Below, one piece after another: positions 12,624 to 42,261 of a DNA stretch of 64,000 nucleotides. The position numbers and the translations under genes were made by a program. The first letter of the stretch is position 1. Each line of letters starts with the position of its first letter. Origin of the DNA: Eledone cirrhosa (taxonomy: Eukaryota); the NCBI GenBank assembly GCA_964016885.1, contig OZ024743.1, positions 307,210,001-307,274,000 on the forward strand, read 5' to 3'. The notes under the pieces are model-generated. The model did no database searches. It saw only the letters and a program-made list of their open reading frames with translations, and had not been told where the DNA came from.

Positions 12624-15428
12624 TAACTTTGAATAACTTTGAAATGTTTTGGCCAGTATTGGCCCAGGCCATGTCTAACTTAATAGCACCACCTGGCGAA
12701 GTCTTTCAATTCAGGATTTGGGCACCATGGCCCATTCGAGAAGAGAATTACTGTTTGCGGAGACATATCCGGGTGTGGGTGGTTTGTCCGGGATTACTTG
12801 GAGGAATTTGTCCAAAGACTTCTTGAATCTTGTGTGGTCAGTTTCTGTTTTGACGTGTCCTGGTGTGATGTTGAAGAGAGCAGGGCCGATTGAGGTGAAA
12901 TAATTGTGCCGTATTGTTGTTATGAGTTGCGATTTAGATTTTTGAATGGGACGGATAGCACGGGGCCCAAGCCTTGGGTGTATCTTGAAGGCGATGCCAA
13001 CATCATTTGGGCAGTGATGATGGAACATTTTCCACATCATGCAGATAATATAACGCTCACGGCGACGTTGGAGTGAGTAAAGTTTCAGGTTTTCCAATCG
13101 ACCCCAGTAGTCAAGGTCTGACATGCCATCTATCTTTTTCGTGATTGCCCTTTGAGGAGCTTCAAGTTTCATGATACTTTGTTTCGTGTGGGGAGACCAC
13201 AGTGGACAACAGTATTCAAGGTGTGGTCGGGCGAAAGTAGAGAAGAGAAGGATAATGGTGCGGGAATCTCTCGACTGGAAGGTTCTGAGGATCCAGGAAC
13301 ACATTCTGCGGGCCATGTCAACTTTGCTGCTTATATGCGTGGTCCAGCTTATGTTGCTGTCCACGGTTACTCCCAAGTCTCTGATGTTGTTAGATGCCAC
13401 GAGAGTTTCCCCGGAGGGAAGGGAGTACGGGAGTTTCAGAGCATCCTCTTTTCCAAAGTGGATCAGTTCGAATTTGTCTTCGTTCAGTAACATGTTGTTC
13501 TTTTCTGCCCATTGGGTAACAGCCAGTAGGTCTGACTGAAGGCTTATCCGGTCATCCACGCCATTGATGACCTTTTGGAGCTTGGAATCATCAGCGAAAA
13601 TTTTAATGTTGCTGTGTTTGATGATGTCAGTGATGTCATTAATATAGATGATGAAGAGAAGTGGGCCCAACACAGTGCCTTGTGGGACTCCACTACTGAC
13701 TTTGGCTGGGCTTGATTTGACTCCCTCAACTACAACATGTTGGGTTCTGTTTGACAGGAAGCTCTTGATCCACTGCAGCAGCTTTCCAGTGACACCAATA
13801 TTGGACAGCTTTCTCAGTAGAATGTTATGATCAACCCTGTCAAAGGCCTTGCTGAAATCAAGGTAGATAACATCAGTGTTGGAACCCTCTCCCAAGGCTC
13901 TCAAAATGTCATCAAAGTGATGCAGTAGTTGCGTCAGGCAATCCCTTCCATTACGGAATCCATGCTGGTTGGAGTTCAGCATATTGTTACTCTCAAGGAA
14001 GTGGGTCATTCGCGATCTCACCACTCGCTCAAATACCTTAATGATATGAGAGGTGAGTGAGATTGGACGGTAATTCACGGCAAGGGATTTGTTTCCCTTT
14101 TTGAAAACTGGGACAACAGACTGGGATAGAAGGTTTTCTGGCACATATCCAGCATCCAGTGAGTTCCGCCACAGATTGGCAAGAGGAGAAGCAAGTTGGT
14201 GTTGACACGCCTTCAAGACACAAGCAGGGAACCTATCGGGACCTACTGCTGAATTATGTTTGATTTCCTTTATTGCCGCCAAGACATCAGGGGCGCCAAA
14301 CGTTATGTCCGATAAGGTGTAATGGGGAGTAAAATCGCCGATACAGCCCAGATCGGCCATATCAGGATTGCTGAAAACAGAGCAGTATTGTTTCTGCAGT
14401 ATCTCACCCATGGTTTTAGCATTGTCTTGAAGAGTGCCATTTTCATCAATTAGAGGGCCAACAGTAGAGCCAGTGATTTTGTGTTTTTTTGCAAATGAAA
14501 AGAACACTTTGGGATTGAGTTTGATCTTCTCAATGGCCCAGGCCTCTTCAGCTCTTCTCTGATTGTTGATGAGGGACATTATGTTGTTTTGGAGGTTATG
14601 TTTTTTAATCTCTAGTGATGAAATGGCAGTCAAGTTGATGTGTTGCTGCTGACAGTATTTCAGCTTGTTGATTTTTTTGTTCGTTCTCTTAATTTTTCTG
14701 ATGAGTGTTTTTCTATTTCTAGGGATTCTGCTCTTAGATTTGTTTATAGTTCTTAATGGGGTGTGTTTAGCACATATGTTTGTAACAGTGTCCACAAAAG
14801 TCTGCCAGGACTTTTTGATGTTAGTGGGTGTATGAGTGTGCGTGAAGGACCAGTCGACATGTGCAAGATCATGACTGATCGCTTCCCAGTTTGCATTGTG
14901 GAAATCCATAGCGTCAAACGGATGGACAGGAGAAATGACATTGGGTTTGTATATTGGACGGTGGAATCTCAGATCACAGAGAACCATGTCATGATCAGAG
15001 AGTAGAGTTTTCTCCACTGCAATATTGTGGATATTGTCAGTGTGATTGCTGAAAATTAAGTCTAGGACGTTTTTGTGGCACCTCGTTGGTTCGAGCACTA
15101 GTTGGGATAGGAAGAAATCATCCATGAAGTCAAGAAGCGATTCCACAGCTTCCCTGTCAGAGGTTGAGGCAGAAGAACCTGGTGGCAGGGTGTTTGTGGA
15201 CCAGTCAACTCCGGGGAGGTTGAAGTCCCCCATCATTAAGATGTTGTCAGGGTGACACTCTTGGATGAAACACTTTATGCTGTTGAGGCATTCCTTGAAG
15301 CATGGTACAGGCGTTTGGGGTGGCCTATAGAGCCCAACTACTAATAGGTTGTTGGTTTGACTGAATACAGTGACTGCCTCACAGTATCCATTAGTGAATA
15401 TGTTCATAGCCTCTGTTGAGAAAGAATT
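12624..15428 (-). mobile_element. CR1-type LINE, 5'-truncated, young
   Basis: Long open ORF, short 3' UTR ending in (TTCAAAGTTA)2; both ends abut (TA)n. Confidence 0.93.
12711..15428 (-). CDS. LINE ORF2: partial APE endonuclease plus reverse transcriptase, ~905 aa, no stops
   Basis: LYRPP, GDFN, LDLIFSN, SDH (endonuclease); [39 protein letters not shown] (RT). Confidence 0.9.
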   Translation of the reverse strand, partial: NSFSTEAMNIFTNGYCEAVTVFSQTNNLLVVGLYRPPQTPVPCFKECLNSIKCFIQECHPDNILMMGDFNLPGVDWSTNTLPPGSSASTSDREAVESLLDFMDDFFLSQLVLEPTRCHKNVLDLIFSNHTDNIHNIAVEKTLLSDHDMVLCDLRFHRPIYKPNVISPVHPFDAMDFHNANWEAISHDLAHVDWSFTHTHTPTNIKKSWQTFVDTVTNICAKHTPLRTINKSKSRIPRNRKTLIRKIKRTNKKINKLKYCQQQHINLTAISSLEIKKHNLQNNIMSLINNQRRAEEAWAIEKIKLNPKVFFSFAKKHKITGSTVGPLIDENGTLQDNAKTMGEILQKQYCSVFSNPDMADLGCIGDFTPHYTLSDITFGAPDVLAAIKEIKHNSAVGPDRFPACVLKACQHQLASPLANLWRNSLDAGYVPENLLSQSVVPVFKKGNKSLAVNYRPISLTSHIIKVFERVVRSRMTHFLESNNMLNSNQHGFRNGRDCLTQLLHHFDDILRALGEGSNTDVIYLDFSKAFDRVDHNILLRKLSNIGVTGKLLQWIKSFLSNRTQHVVVEGVKSSPAKVSSGVPQGTVLGPLLFIIYINDITDIIKHSNIKIFADDSKLQKVINGVDDRISLQSDLLAVTQWAEKNNMLLNEDKFELIHFGKEDALKLPYSLPSGETLVASNNIRDLGVTVDSNISWTTHISSKVDMARRMCSWILRTFQSRDSRTIILLFSTFARPHLEYCCPLWSPHTKQSIMKLEAPQRAITKKIDGMSDLDYWGRLENLKLYSLQRRRERYIICMMWKMFHHHCPNDVGIAFKIHPRLGPRAIRPIQKSKSQLITTIRHNYFTSIGPALFNITPGHVKTETDHTRFKKSLDKFLQVIPDKPPTPGYVSANSNSLLEWAMVPKS

Positions 15429-15429
15429 A

Positions 15430-16333
<904 letters not shown>

Positions 16334-16388
16334 TAAAAAAACAATGAATAAAACAATGAAACAGTTCCTTATATTAAACAAAAAAAGT

Positions 16389-16539
16389 TCATTATTTAAC
16401 GATCGTTTCTGGGATATATATGTGTTAGAATTGGCATGTATATTTAACAGATCTATGTACAAAATTATACAAAATTATACAAACTATCAAAATTAAATAT
16501 ACATACCAACTCATATATATGCCGTCTTCAGAAATAATG

Positions 16540-16540
<1 letters not shown>
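16389..16540 (-). ncRNA. Type I hammerhead, intact core, 115-nt stem II
   Basis: TCATTATTT-CTGAAGA-[115 nt]-GAAAC-GATC-GTT-AAATAATGA; perfect 9-bp stem I; palindromic ACGATCGT stem III. Confidence 0.82.
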
Positions 16541-16587
<47 letters not shown>

Positions 16588-16597
16588 ATATATATAT

Positions 16598-19435
16598 CAT
16601 CATCATCATCATCATCATTTTACGTCCGCCTTTCCCTGCTTGCAAGGGTGGGACGGGTCTTATTCAGCACAGCATCTCTCCACTCGTCACGTTCCCTCGT
16701 CATCTCCACCGTGAGCTTCAATGATCTGAGGTCTGTTCTCACCACCTCCGCCCATGTTTTTCGTGGTCTACCTCTACCACGTCTTCCTTCAACTGGCATT
16801 TCCTGGCACTTCTTCACCCATCGGTCATCCTCCATGCGCATCACATGTCCATACCACCTCAGTCTCCTCTCCCGTACACTACATTCTATCCCTCTCAGAC
16901 ACAGTTTCTCTCTCAACACATTTATGCTGGGTCGTTCACGCACATTTACACTGCATATCCAACGGAGCATGCTTGCCTCATTTCTCTCCAGCCGTCGCAT
17001 ATCTTCTGCGGTAGCTGCCCATGTCTCACCACCATGCAGCATCGCGCTCCTCACACAGGCATCATACAACCGGCCTTTCGTACGCAGGGAGAAACCCTTC
17101 TCCGTCAACAGAGGAAGCAGCTCCCTAAACTTCTTCCAACCCGTCCTTATTCTAGATACTATGGCCTCGGAACACCCTCCTCCCATGCTAATCTGATCTC
17201 CTAGGTACCGGAAGCTATCCACCACTTCTATAGCGCCCTCTCGCATTTGAAAAATGTGTCTATCAGTGCGACTTCTACTGTCTAATTTCCCTGTACATCT
17301 ACTGCATACATAGTTCTCCCTACCTGTTAGTTTGCCTGCTATCCCGCTACATCTCTTGTGTACCCAGGACCTACATTGTGTGCATTTTATAGAATTTATG
17401 CCAGTTCCTTTACTGCATATCGAACATGGCCATTTCCCTGGCGGAATCAGGGTTTTGTCCTCTTTTCTACTCATCAACACTTTTGTCTTAGCTAGATTTA
17501 CTCTCAGTCCTCTTGCTTCCAACTGCTGTTTCCATAGCCGGAATTTATTCTCTAGCTCCTCTACTGATTCTGCCATAAGAGCCAGATCGTCAGCATAGAG
17601 AAGTTCCCATGGACAGCCAGTCTTAAACTCCTCTGTTATGGCTTGGAGGACTATAATGAACAAGAGCGGGCTGAGGACCGAACCCTGATGTACTCCTACT
17701 TGTATCTGGAATTCCTCACTAAACTCCATTCCTACCCTGACTTTACTGAGAGTACCTCTGTACAAAGTTTGCACTGTCCTTACAAGCCATTCCTCAACAC
17801 CCAGCTTCCTTAGGGACCACCAGATGACAGATCGGGGTACCCTATCAAAGGCCTTCTCTAGGTCAACAAAGGCTAAGTATAGTGGCTTATTCTTCTCTAA
17901 GAACCTCTCTTGCATTTGTCTCACCAAGAAGAGGGCATCTCTTGTACTCTTCCCAGGCACAAAACCAAACTGCATCTCATCTAGTTTGACCCTTTCTCTA
18001 ATTAGTTGTGCTAAAATCCTTTCTGCCACTTTCATAACCTGATCTATCAGTTTTATACCCCTATAATTGCTCCTCTCCAAAGCATCCCCTTTACCTTTGT
18101 AGCAATTTATGAGAATACTGCTGCACCAGTCTTTGGGTATGACACCACCATATATAGCCTGATTGATTATGCGTGCAACCAGTTTAGTGCATACGTCCCC
18201 TGATGCCTTCAGCATCTCAGCAACTATTCCCGATGGTCCGGCCGCCTTACCATTTTTCATTTCCCTAATCGCCTCTTGGACCCTATATTCGTCAATCTCA
18301 ATAGCTGGTCCCTCTGTCGGATCTACCAAGGGTAATTTCTCTCTCTCCCATTCGTTCTCCACATTCATCAGTCTCTCATAATGACATTTCCAGGCCTCCT
18401 TTTTCTGGTCATTCGTGACACTAAGTACACCGGCATCATCCCGGACACATTTATCACCAACAACATCCTGATTTGCATTGACACACTGCCTTGCAATGTG
18501 GAACACCGCACGCCTCTGATCTTCCCGTCGCAGAACATTGGCAAACCTCCTACTCTCTGCCTCCCTGCGTGCTAAGTACACCTGACGTCTAGCTTCTCTC
18601 TTAGTGGCTGTATATTCTTCCCTACTCCCACCCTTATTCCAAGCCTTCCATGCTAGTCTTTTGTCTCTAATAGCCTTATCTACACTGCTGTTCCACCACC
18701 AGGTCACTCTCTGTCTGGTTGGAGCTCTGCTCCAGCCACAGGTTTCATCAGTAGCCTTCAGCAAGTTGTCACGTAAGAACTTCCAGTTATTATCTATGTC
18801 ATACGTCTCTAAATCGTCTTCTTTTTCGTCATATACATCTTGAAGGGCTTTCCTAAATTTGAATTTTAGTGAAAGGTCTTTTAGCTTCCAGACCTTTCTT
18901 CTCCACACCTTCCTATATGTCTCATTCCATCTCTTGCTTACTGAGATATCACTAACAACTAACCTATGCTGTGGGGTACATTCTTCCCCAGGGTATGCCT
19001 TGGTATTAGACACTATCTGCCTGTCCCGCTGCCTAACTAGCAGGAAGTCAATCTGGCTTATGTGCTCACCAGATTTGTAGGTTATTAGGTGATTGGCAGG
19101 TTTCTGGAAGTTTGTGTTGCAAATAGTCAATGTACTTGCATCACAAAATTCAAGAAGTCTCACTCCTTCTTCATTTCTTGAACCGTAACCGTGCCCACCA
19201 TGTACCCCAGTGTAACCATCCTGGAGCTGTCCAACATGACCATTGAAGTCTCCTGCTAGCATAACGATGTCTCCGTCCTCTGTCATTGTGGTTGTTTGCA
19301 AAAGTTGCTCATAAAAGCAGTCTTTCTCATCTTTGCCTAGGCCTGCTTGGGGAGCATAGACCGAGATGATTGTCAGTAGTCTCCTACCTACAACTAATCT
19401 AAGCTTAATTATTTGATTACTAACTCGAACTCGAA
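16598..19435 (-). mobile_element. RTE family A LINE, 5'-truncated, intact ~938-aa ORF (partial APE + RT + PHD-like finger)
   Basis: [26 protein letters not shown]; [34 protein letters not shown]; stop at 16620-16622 directly before the (TGA)n tail. Confidence 0.95.
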
Positions 19436-19476
<41 letters not shown>

Positions 19477-19555
19477 TACATAGATATATATATATATATA
19501 TATACATAGATATACATATATATATATACATAGATATATATATATATATATACAT

Positions 19556-19607
<52 letters not shown>

Positions 19608-19609
<2 letters not shown>

Positions 19610-21520
19610 GAAGATAGATATGAAGATAGGGAAGGCAACCGGTCCATCGGGTATAGCTGCCGAGATGCTGAAGGCATCTGGGTCTGTAGGTCACACTATA
19701 ACCACACGTATCGTTAACCAGGTAATACTAGAGGGGGCCATACCAAAAGATTGGTGCAGTAGCATCATTGTCAACTGCTACAAAGGTAAAGGCGATGCAC
19801 TAGATAGAGGAAACTATAGAGGTATAAAGTTGATGGACCAGGTCATGAAAGTAACAGAAAGAGTTATAGCACAGCTGATTAGGGACCGGGTGAATATAGA
19901 CGAGATGCAATTTGGGTTTGTTCCAGGGAAAGGCACCACTGATGCGCTCTTCCTTGTGAGGCAATTACAGGAAAAGTACCTAGCTAAAAGTAAGCCACTC
20001 TACTTGGCATTTGTCGACCTTGAGAAAGCCTTTGACAGAGTTCCACGTGCAGTAATCTGGTGGGCTCTTACTTGTGAAAGCGGTACAAGCCATGTATAGG
20101 GGAGCAGTCAGCAAAGTTAGGATTGGCAATGAGTATAGCGAGGAATTTAGCGTACAGGTTGGGGTCCACCAGGGCTCTGTTCTTAGCCCTCTCCTGTTCA
20201 TCATAGTCCTGCAGGCAATAACGGAGGAGTTTAAGACCGGATGCCCATGGGAACTCCTGTATGCTGATGACCTCGCACTCATAGCTGAATCTATGGTAGA
20301 ACTAGAGAATAAATTCCAAACCTGGAAGCAGGGACTAGAGAGAAAGGGCCTCAAAGTCAACATGACAAAGACTAAGGTCCTTATAAGTAGACGAGAAAAC
20401 AGAACCCAGATCCCCTCAGGGAAATGGCCTTGCTCAGTATGTAGGAAAGGTGTAGGTAGGAACTCCATTCTTTGCCCCAAATGCAAACAATGGGTACACA
20501 AGAGATGTAGCGGGATCTCAGGAAGCTTAATTAAGAATGTAGGATTCACATGCAGCAGCTGTGCTGAAACAGCAAGCAAACAGCCACAGGAAACAAGTAC
20601 CACCAATCTCTGGGAGGGCCCTGTAGAAACAGTAGACAGCTTCTGCTACCTAGGTGACCGAATTAGCAACGGAGGTGGGTGCTCAGAAAGTACAATAACT
20701 AGGGTAAGAACGGGATGGAAGAAGTTTAGGGAACTACTACCACTGCTAGCTGCAAAAGGCTTCTCCCTCAGAATGAAAGGCAGACTGTATGATGCGTGTA
20801 TCCGAACAGCGATGTTGCATGGTAGTGAGACCTGGGCGCTGAAGGTGGAAGACTTACGTAGATTAGAGAGAAACGAAGCCTGCATGCTCCGATGGATGTG
20901 TAACAGTAATATACGTGAACGACAAAGCATAAATGAATTGAGAGAGAGACTGAGCATAAGAGGAATCAAATGCTGCGTGCAGGAGAGGCGGTTACGCTGG
21001 TATGGACATGTGATGCGTATGAAGGATGACAGCTGCATAAAAAGGTGCAGAGCACTAGAAGTTGATGGAAACCGCGGAGTGGGGAGACCCAAGATGACTT
21101 GGGATGAGGTGATAAAAGCCGACCTTACCCAACTACACCTCTCAAAGTCAATGACACACGACCGTGACTTCTGGCGTCACGCAGTAATACAGGGTACCCG
21201 ACCTCCCATGGGTACATGCTGAAGCATATAAACAATATGCCCCCCCCCCCCACCGCAAGGTGGTCGTGGAGGTGCCACGGCAAAAAAGCACCCAGCCCAC
21301 ACTGTAAAGTGGACGTGTAGGCGCCACGAAAAAGCACCCAGCACTCACTGTAAATGAGGTTGGTGTTAGGAAGGGCATCCAGCTGTAGAAATCAAGCCAG
21401 ATCAGTTCCTGTATGAGCAAGGCATGGTCAGCCGACCAGACACTGCCCACAACAGGACAACCCGTCTAACCCATGCTAGCGTGGAAGAACGGACGTAAAA
21501 CGGTGATGATGATGATGATG
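19608..21520 (+). mobile_element. RTE family B LINE, 5'-truncated
   Basis: RT in two frames (deletion near 20068), stop at 21222, ~300-bp 3' UTR, (TGA)n tail. Confidence 0.95.
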
Positions 21521-23549
<2,029 letters not shown>

Positions 23550-23686
23550 GTGTGCTAGGGAAAGGATCAGGGCTGTATAACACTCCACTTATCCAGCAGG
23601 CAGTATGAGGTTAGCTCAATGTCTGAGGACAGAGCCGTGATATAATAAATAACAAAGAACGCTTATAGCATATGCATATCTTTACT

Positions 23687-23732
23687 TGCTAACATTGTTT
23701 CATCCGCACTATAAGTGGGACTCATCAGAGCA
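23687..23732 (-). ncRNA. Type I hammerhead, intact core
   Basis: TGCT-CTGATGA-GTCC-CACT-TAT-AGTG-C-GGAT-GAAAC-AAT-GTT-AGCA, inside a ~375-bp unique island between TA arrays. Confidence 0.85.
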
Positions 23733-23924
23733 TAAAGCTTAATTACATACCATACAAGCAATAACAAATCCAAGACATTGAAGAATGAAAGGTAATAATA
23801 GACGATAAAGGATAAGAATAAAAATAAAAGTAAAAATAAAAATAAGGGGTGCTATCAGTCACAGTTGGGCGGGGTGCTGTCAACATATAGTTACATACAA
23901 GCATACACATGGATAAGAGAACAG

Positions 23925-25577
<1,653 letters not shown>

Positions 25578-26778
25578 GAACTGGACATGAAAGGAATTTG
25601 CCCACTATACAGGAGCAAATCATGGAATAGCTTAGATAGGGCTAGACATAAGATAGGGAAGGCCACATCATGGTACGACAACCAGAGATATCAGAGTGTC
25701 ATGTTTGTGGACGCCACCCCTGGAGGGAAATTAGCTAACCAGTGTAGAAAGGCCCTGAGAAAGACCCACTTAAAAATAAAGGTGGTAGAAAAGCCAGGAA
25801 CCACCATAAAATCCCTGATCAGCAAAACCTACCCTTTTAAGAAAACCCACTGTACCAATAGGAAATGTATCATATGTAAGGTGAACCCCCGGATAAACTG
25901 TAAAACTAGAAACGTAGTCTATAGCATAAGATGTACAGAGGGTACTTGCAGAAACATGACAACAACATACATAGGTGAGACAGCTCGTAGCATAGGTGAA
26001 AGGATAGACCAACACTGGGGGGAACTAAAAGGACGAAAAAACGGGTCAGTACTATACGAACATGCTAGACAACAACATGACGGTAACATAGACAACATAG
26101 AAATTAGAATAATATCTAAACATAGGAATGACCCAGCAGATAGGCAAATCAGAGAGGCCAGTGAAATAGAAATTAGAAGACCAAAGCTAAACAGAAAGAA
26201 TGAGTGGAACAACAACAACACCCAAACAAACAACACTGACCTAAGAGAAGTATAAATAAGTAAATAAAATTAAATAAAATAAGATAAATAAATACATACA
26301 CAAGCACATAAACACACACTAGTCACCCAGCAGACACAACACTATACACACTAGTCACAGATCACACATAACACTATACACACACGCAAACGCATGCGCA
26401 AAGAAGACAAAATAAAATAAGATAAACAAACAAGCAAATAAATAAATAAATATATAGACAGACTGAACAAAAAAATGGCGTAGACATACAACACAACAGG
26501 AGGAACAATGAATATAACACCACTGACGATGTTGCAGATGTGCAACGAAAGATTTATGTAAATTATGTAAACTATATATATGTGTTTGTGTCTATACTGT
26601 ATCTGTATTATTTTTGACCGCCGGTCAGTCAATGGCAACATTGAGGACCGAGTAAGTTAGATAGCAGATATATATATATAAAAGACAGCGAGAAGCGAAA
26701 ACCAACCAAACAGTGAGTGTGTTCTGTTATTAATTCTGGCAATATTACGCAAATATGACCCTCCCCAAATATAACAAT
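25578..26778 (+). mobile_element. Penelope-like element family 1, 3' fragment (linker, Cys motif, C-terminal GIY-YIG, terminal repeat)
   Basis: Open to stop at 26255: [14 protein letters not shown]...CTNRKCIIC...[12 protein letters not shown]...YIGET; Neptune/Nematis-like architecture. Confidence 0.92.
26521..26558 (+). ncRNA. Type I hammerhead in PLE terminal repeat
   Basis: CA-CTGACGA-T-GTTGCA-GATG-TGCAAC-GAAA-GATTTA-TG. Confidence 0.7.
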
Positions 26779-26799
26779 ATATATATATAAATTTTTTCT

Positions 26800-29135
<2,336 letters not shown>

Positions 29136-31498
29136 TGTCGGGGAGAAGTGTGTACTTAACGATGACGGCATACTTGCCATCACCGACGCCGATAAGAAGG
29201 TAGCTTGGAAGTGTCACTATGAAAGGCTACTAAATGAGGAGAATAAATGGGAGAAAGACAGTCTCCCCCACATCGACCCAATAGAGGGACCAGCAGTGTT
29301 AGTCGAGGGTAGTATAATAAGTAAGGCAATCAAAGATATGAAGACAGGCAAGGCGGCTGGGCCTTCGGAAATAGTTGCCGAGATGCTGAAGGCATCTGGT
29401 ACGGTGGGACACACCATGGTCACCCGGATAGTCAACCAAGTCATACAGAATGGGGTTGTTCCGATGGACTGGCGCAGCAGCATTATCGTTAACTGTTATA
29501 AGGGTAAAGGAGATGCCCTAGATAGGAGTAACTATAGAGGCATTAAATTAATCGACCAGGTTATGAAGGTCACGGAAAAAGTCACGAATTGATCTAGATG
29601 AAATGCAGTTCGGGTTTGTGTCAGGAAAAAGTACCACAGACGCTCTTTTTATTGTACGACAACTACAGGAAAAGTACCTAGCTAAAAGTAAACCCCTATA
29701 CTTAGCTTTCGTCGACTTGACGAAGGCCTTCGACAGAGTCCCCCGTTCCATTATCTGGTGGGCTCTTAGAAAACTAGGTGTTGATGAATGGCTTGTGAGA
29801 GCTATACAAGCCATGTATAAAGAAACAGTTAGCAAGGTTAGAATTAACAACGAATATAGTGAAGAGTTTAGTGTAAAAGTTGGTGTTCATCAGGGCTCTG
29901 TTCTTAGCCCCCTACTATTTATTATTGCCCTCCAGGCTATAACAGTGGAGTTCAAGACCGGCTGCCCATGGGAACTCCTATACGCAGATGATCTAACGCT
30001 CATAGCTGAATCAATGGCCGAGCTAGAGAAGAAATTCCAAACATGGAAGCACGGCCTAGAATCAAAAGGCCTTAAAATTAACCTAGCTAAGACTAAAGTT
30101 CTAGTTTGTAAGAAAGAAAATAAGGCGGCGGTCCCCTCCGGGAAGTGGCCATGCGCAGAGTGTAGGAAAGGCGTAGGTAGAAATTCCATTTTGTGTCCCA
30201 AATGCAAAGTTTGGGTGCATAAAAGATGTAGTGGGGTCACAGGTAAGCTAACTAAGAACATAGATTTTACATGTGGCCGGTGTTCTGGGGATATAAGTAG
30301 CAGCAAGTGCCCACAAAATACTAGCTCTTTCAACTGCGCAGAGGGTTCTATAGAAATAGTGGACAGCTTCCGTTACCTGGGTGNNNNNNNNNNNNNNNNN
30401 NNNNNNNNNNNNNNNNNNNNNNNNNNNNNNNNNNNNNNNNNNNNNNNNNNNNNNNNNNNNNNNNNNNNNNNNNNNNNNNNNNNNNNNNNNNNNNNNNNNN
30501 NNNNNNNNNNNNNNNNNNNNNNNNNNNNNNNNNNNNNNNNNNNNNNNNNNNNNNNNNNNNNNNNNNNNNNNNNNNNNNNNNNNGGTGACAAAATCAGCAG
30601 TGGGGGAGGGTGCACTGAAAGTACAGTAGCTAGAGTCAGAACTGGGTGGAAAAAGTTCAGAGAGCTTATACCACTATTAGCCGCTAAAGTGTTCTCCCTA
30701 AAAATGAAAGGCAGGCTGTATGATGCCTGCATACGAACAGCAATGTTGCATGGCAGTGAGACCTGGGCATTGTGTGCAGAGGATATACGCAGACTAGAGA
30801 GAAACGAAGCTTGCATGCTCCGCTGGATGTGTAATAGTAATATACGTGAACGACAAAGCATAAACGAACTAAGGAAAAAAATTAGAAATAAGAGGGATCA
30901 GATGTTGTTTACTAGAGAGAAGGCTACGTTGGTATGGTCACGTGATGCGCATGAAGGATGATAGCTGTATAACAAAGTGCAGGGCAATAAAGATAGATGG
31001 TAGCCACGGAATAGGCAGACCAGAAAAACCTGGGACGAGCTGATAAACTCCGACCTCACACACTTACACCTCACCAAGACAATATCACTGGACCGAGACC
31101 TCTGGCGGTACTCAGTAATAGAGAAGACCCGCCCTTGCCAGTAGGCATCTCTAACAAAATACACCCCGTCCCCACCACCACCACCCCATCCACACCACCC
31201 CGTTCTATGTAAAGTTATGTTGGTGCCGCGCCATCCAGGCCGAAACAAATGAGATCGTGTAGGTGTCACGACAAAAAAACACACAGTCCACGCTGTAATG
31301 TGGCCGTGTAGGCAACACGGTAAAAACCTCCCAGACCCACACTGTAAATGTGGTTGGTGTTAGGAAGGGCATCCAACTGTAGAAAACCTGCAAGACAGTC
31401 CTATGCGAGCAAGACAATCACTCTTGCCTCAAGTGGGACTACCCCTGTCCAAACCCATGCAAGCGTGGAACACGGACGTTAAACGTTGATGATGATGA
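29136..31498 (+). mobile_element. RTE family C LINE, 5'-truncated, spans an assembly gap
   Basis: RT motifs, frameshifts near 29585 and 30880, 3' UTR and (TGA)n tail. Confidence 0.94.
30384..30583. other. Assembly gap, 200 N
   Basis: Run of N with GGTG on both sides. Confidence 0.99.
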
Positions 31499-31542
31499 TA
31501 TATATATATATGTATATCATCATCATCATCATCATCATCAAC

Positions 31543-32891
<1,349 letters not shown>

Positions 32892-33114
32892 TAATATGTA
32901 TGTGATGAAACACAGATACCAACACATCTGTATATATATTGCAAAAGAAAAATTAGCCAGATTGAAGTATACCAATTATTATACTACAGTTTGTCCATAT
33001 CGATTTAAAATAATAAATCAACGAAGACGAACTGTATTGCCAAAAGGCCGTGATGTTTAGACACATTTAAATTTCAAAATCAAACCTGTTCCGTAGATAA
33101 GTTTAAACTTTAAG

Positions 33115-33176
33115 ATCTAAATATGTTTCGAGTTAAATAAGTATAGGAATATCATGTCCTGCTCTCCTCAGTAAAC
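33115..33176 (-). ncRNA. Hammerhead motif with degenerate stem III
   Basis: GTTTA-CTGAGGA-GAG...CTC-GAAAC-AT-ATT-TAGAT. Confidence 0.55.
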
Positions 33177-33217
33177 ATCCAGAGACAAATTGATATGCTT
33201 CACTTCTAAATAATTTA

Positions 33218-33315
<98 letters not shown>

Positions 33316-33328
33316 GTATATATATATG

Positions 33329-33363
<35 letters not shown>

Positions 33364-33456
33364 GTATATATATATATATGTATATATATGTATGTATATA
33401 TATATGTATGTATATATATATATATGTATGTATATATATATATATGTATGTATATA

Positions 33457-33547
33457 TCATCATCATCATCATCATTTTACGTCCGCTTTTTCCCTGCTTG
33501 CAAGGGTGGGACGGGTCTTATTCAGCACAGCATCTCTCCACTCGTCA
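33457..33547 (-). mobile_element. RTE family A terminal ~90 bp
   Basis: Matches 16598-16689. Confidence 0.9.
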
Positions 33548-33589
33548 TATATATGTCTGAAATTTCCTTATTTCTCCTCTCGTCATATG

Positions 33590-42260
<8,671 letters not shown>

Positions 42261-42261
42261 T

